From assembly GCF_018977255.1 (NCBI RefSeq), contig NW_024704742.1:79920001-79984000 (forward strand): DNA of 64,000 bases. The letters are read 5' to 3'. Position 1 is the stretch's first letter. Each line of letters begins with the position of its first letter. This document shows, in pieces, positions 1 to 64,000 of the stretch. The notes below the pieces were generated by a model that was given only the letters and a program-made list of their open reading frames with translations, ran no database searches and was not told the origin of the DNA. Made by a program: the position numbers and the translations under genes. Source of the DNA: Callorhinchus milii (lineage: Eukaryota).

Positions 1-112
1 AACAATTGGAATCCGGAGACTGTGGTTTCCTCTGAGACACTAGAGATGGACTGAGACTGGCGAGACTGTCAATAACATTGGAGTATTACAGAATATTCTC
101 CTGTATTTCCAG

Positions 113-164
113 TTGATGACAAGCGACGGTCTCTCTGCTGCACTTGGTGGAGTGTTCCGATAAC
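113..164 (+). other. ABCA1: 5' UTR portion of exon 2 (contains uORF 116-163)
   Basis: Acceptor ttctcctgtatttccAG ends at 112; main ATG at 165 in AACATG context. Confidence 0.75.
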
Positions 165-63040
<62,876 letters not shown>

Positions 63041-63264
63041 GTCAGTGTTGGATTGAAACACTCATGCTCTATCAGGTTCTCGAATTATCTCAGTCAATAG
63101 TGTGGAAAGTCTAGACTTGTATCATCAATAAGAGATGTGTGAACAAGTGAGAGCAAGCGGTTACAGACCTGAGCTTCACCTGGGCTCTGACTTCAAACAT
63201 ATATGCACGAATACTGCCTCCACCTTCCAAATAAGGATCCCACTCAAAAAAGACAGAAATATGT

Positions 63265-63440
63265 CAACAACAACAACTTGCACTTATGTAGCACCCTCCA
63301 CGCCGGGCGGCGTTTCAGAGCGTTTAACAATAGCGGAGCAAGGGGCAGGGGAAGTGATCGTATTCATGGTCGAAAAGGAGGGTCTTCAGGCGTGACCTGA
63401 AGATGGGGAAGGAGGGGGTGAGGCGAAGGGGTTGAGGGAT
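63265..63440 (-). mobile_element. L2 LINE 3' end fragment
   Basis: (CAA)n-CTTGCAC tail; matches other L2 ends. Confidence 0.7.
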
Positions 63441-64000
63441 GTCAAAATTATGTTAGCCAGGTCCCATGGAGAAATCGCCAGAAACGCATTAAGTCACAGT
63501 TCCAGTCACCAGAAGGAATCCCCATGTGTGTCTCAAATTGAGATATCCTGATTGAAAGTGTCACATTTGAGACTGCAGCGTGGCTTTGCACTTTGGCAAA
63601 ATCAGAAGATCACAGGAAGATAACCCTTTGATTCACTTGATCAAAAAATCCAAAATACCCACCCGACCATCCTCACATACCAGTATCCAATGGTTTCCTG
63701 AATGAGCGCAGCATCTTAGCTCAAACACCCCTCCCGATAGCCTTTTCCAATTGTAAATTCCATCTGTGTAAAGAAATGCTTCTTTGTGTCAGTTCATGAA
63801 TTGACGGCCATATTCCACTACACCGTCCTGAGGCCAAGTGTGGTTCAGTAGCACCAAGTCCAAACTAACTGCAATCAGATTCTTTTGATTCCCCTCGTTT
63901 GATTCTTGGTATGATTTGGTTCACTTGCTAGTTTTGAATACAATTCACATATGCTTCCTCACTAAACCAGCTGCTATATAGAGGAATTCAGTAGAAGATC

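Overview
This is eukaryotic (vertebrate) genomic DNA, not prokaryotic. The window holds the 5' part of one + strand ABCA1 gene (ATP-binding cassette subfamily A member 1, cholesterol/phospholipid exporter). I traced 33 GT-AG coding exons, equivalent to human exons 2-34, from ATG 165 to 63040. They splice into an uninterrupted 4716-nt (1572-codon) frame covering TM1, ECD1, TMD1, NBD1, the regulatory/PEST region, TM7 and part of ECD2. Non-coding exon 1 and the 3' exons lie outside the window. The introns are filled with tRNA-derived SINEs, L2 and CR1 LINE fragments and Penelope-like elements. This repeat mix suggests a cartilaginous fish, possibly a chimaera (inference, not verified). No other host gene, true tRNA/rRNA gene or CRISPR array is supported, and I see no wholly new multi-gene system. 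The best leads are: (1) a 16-bp DR4 in intron 5 that matches, as I recall it, the human ABCA1 promoter LXR element; (2) Penelope-like retroelement relics with inverted arms and decayed minimal hammerhead ribozyme motifs; (3) a 15-codon uORF ending 1 nt before the start codon; (4) an exact 36-bp copy of the exon 4 donor junction in intron 4; (5) inverted repeat pairs bracketing exons; and (6) an unclassified repeat family. Exon numbers follow human ABCA1, human comparisons are from memory, and repeat boundaries are approximate.
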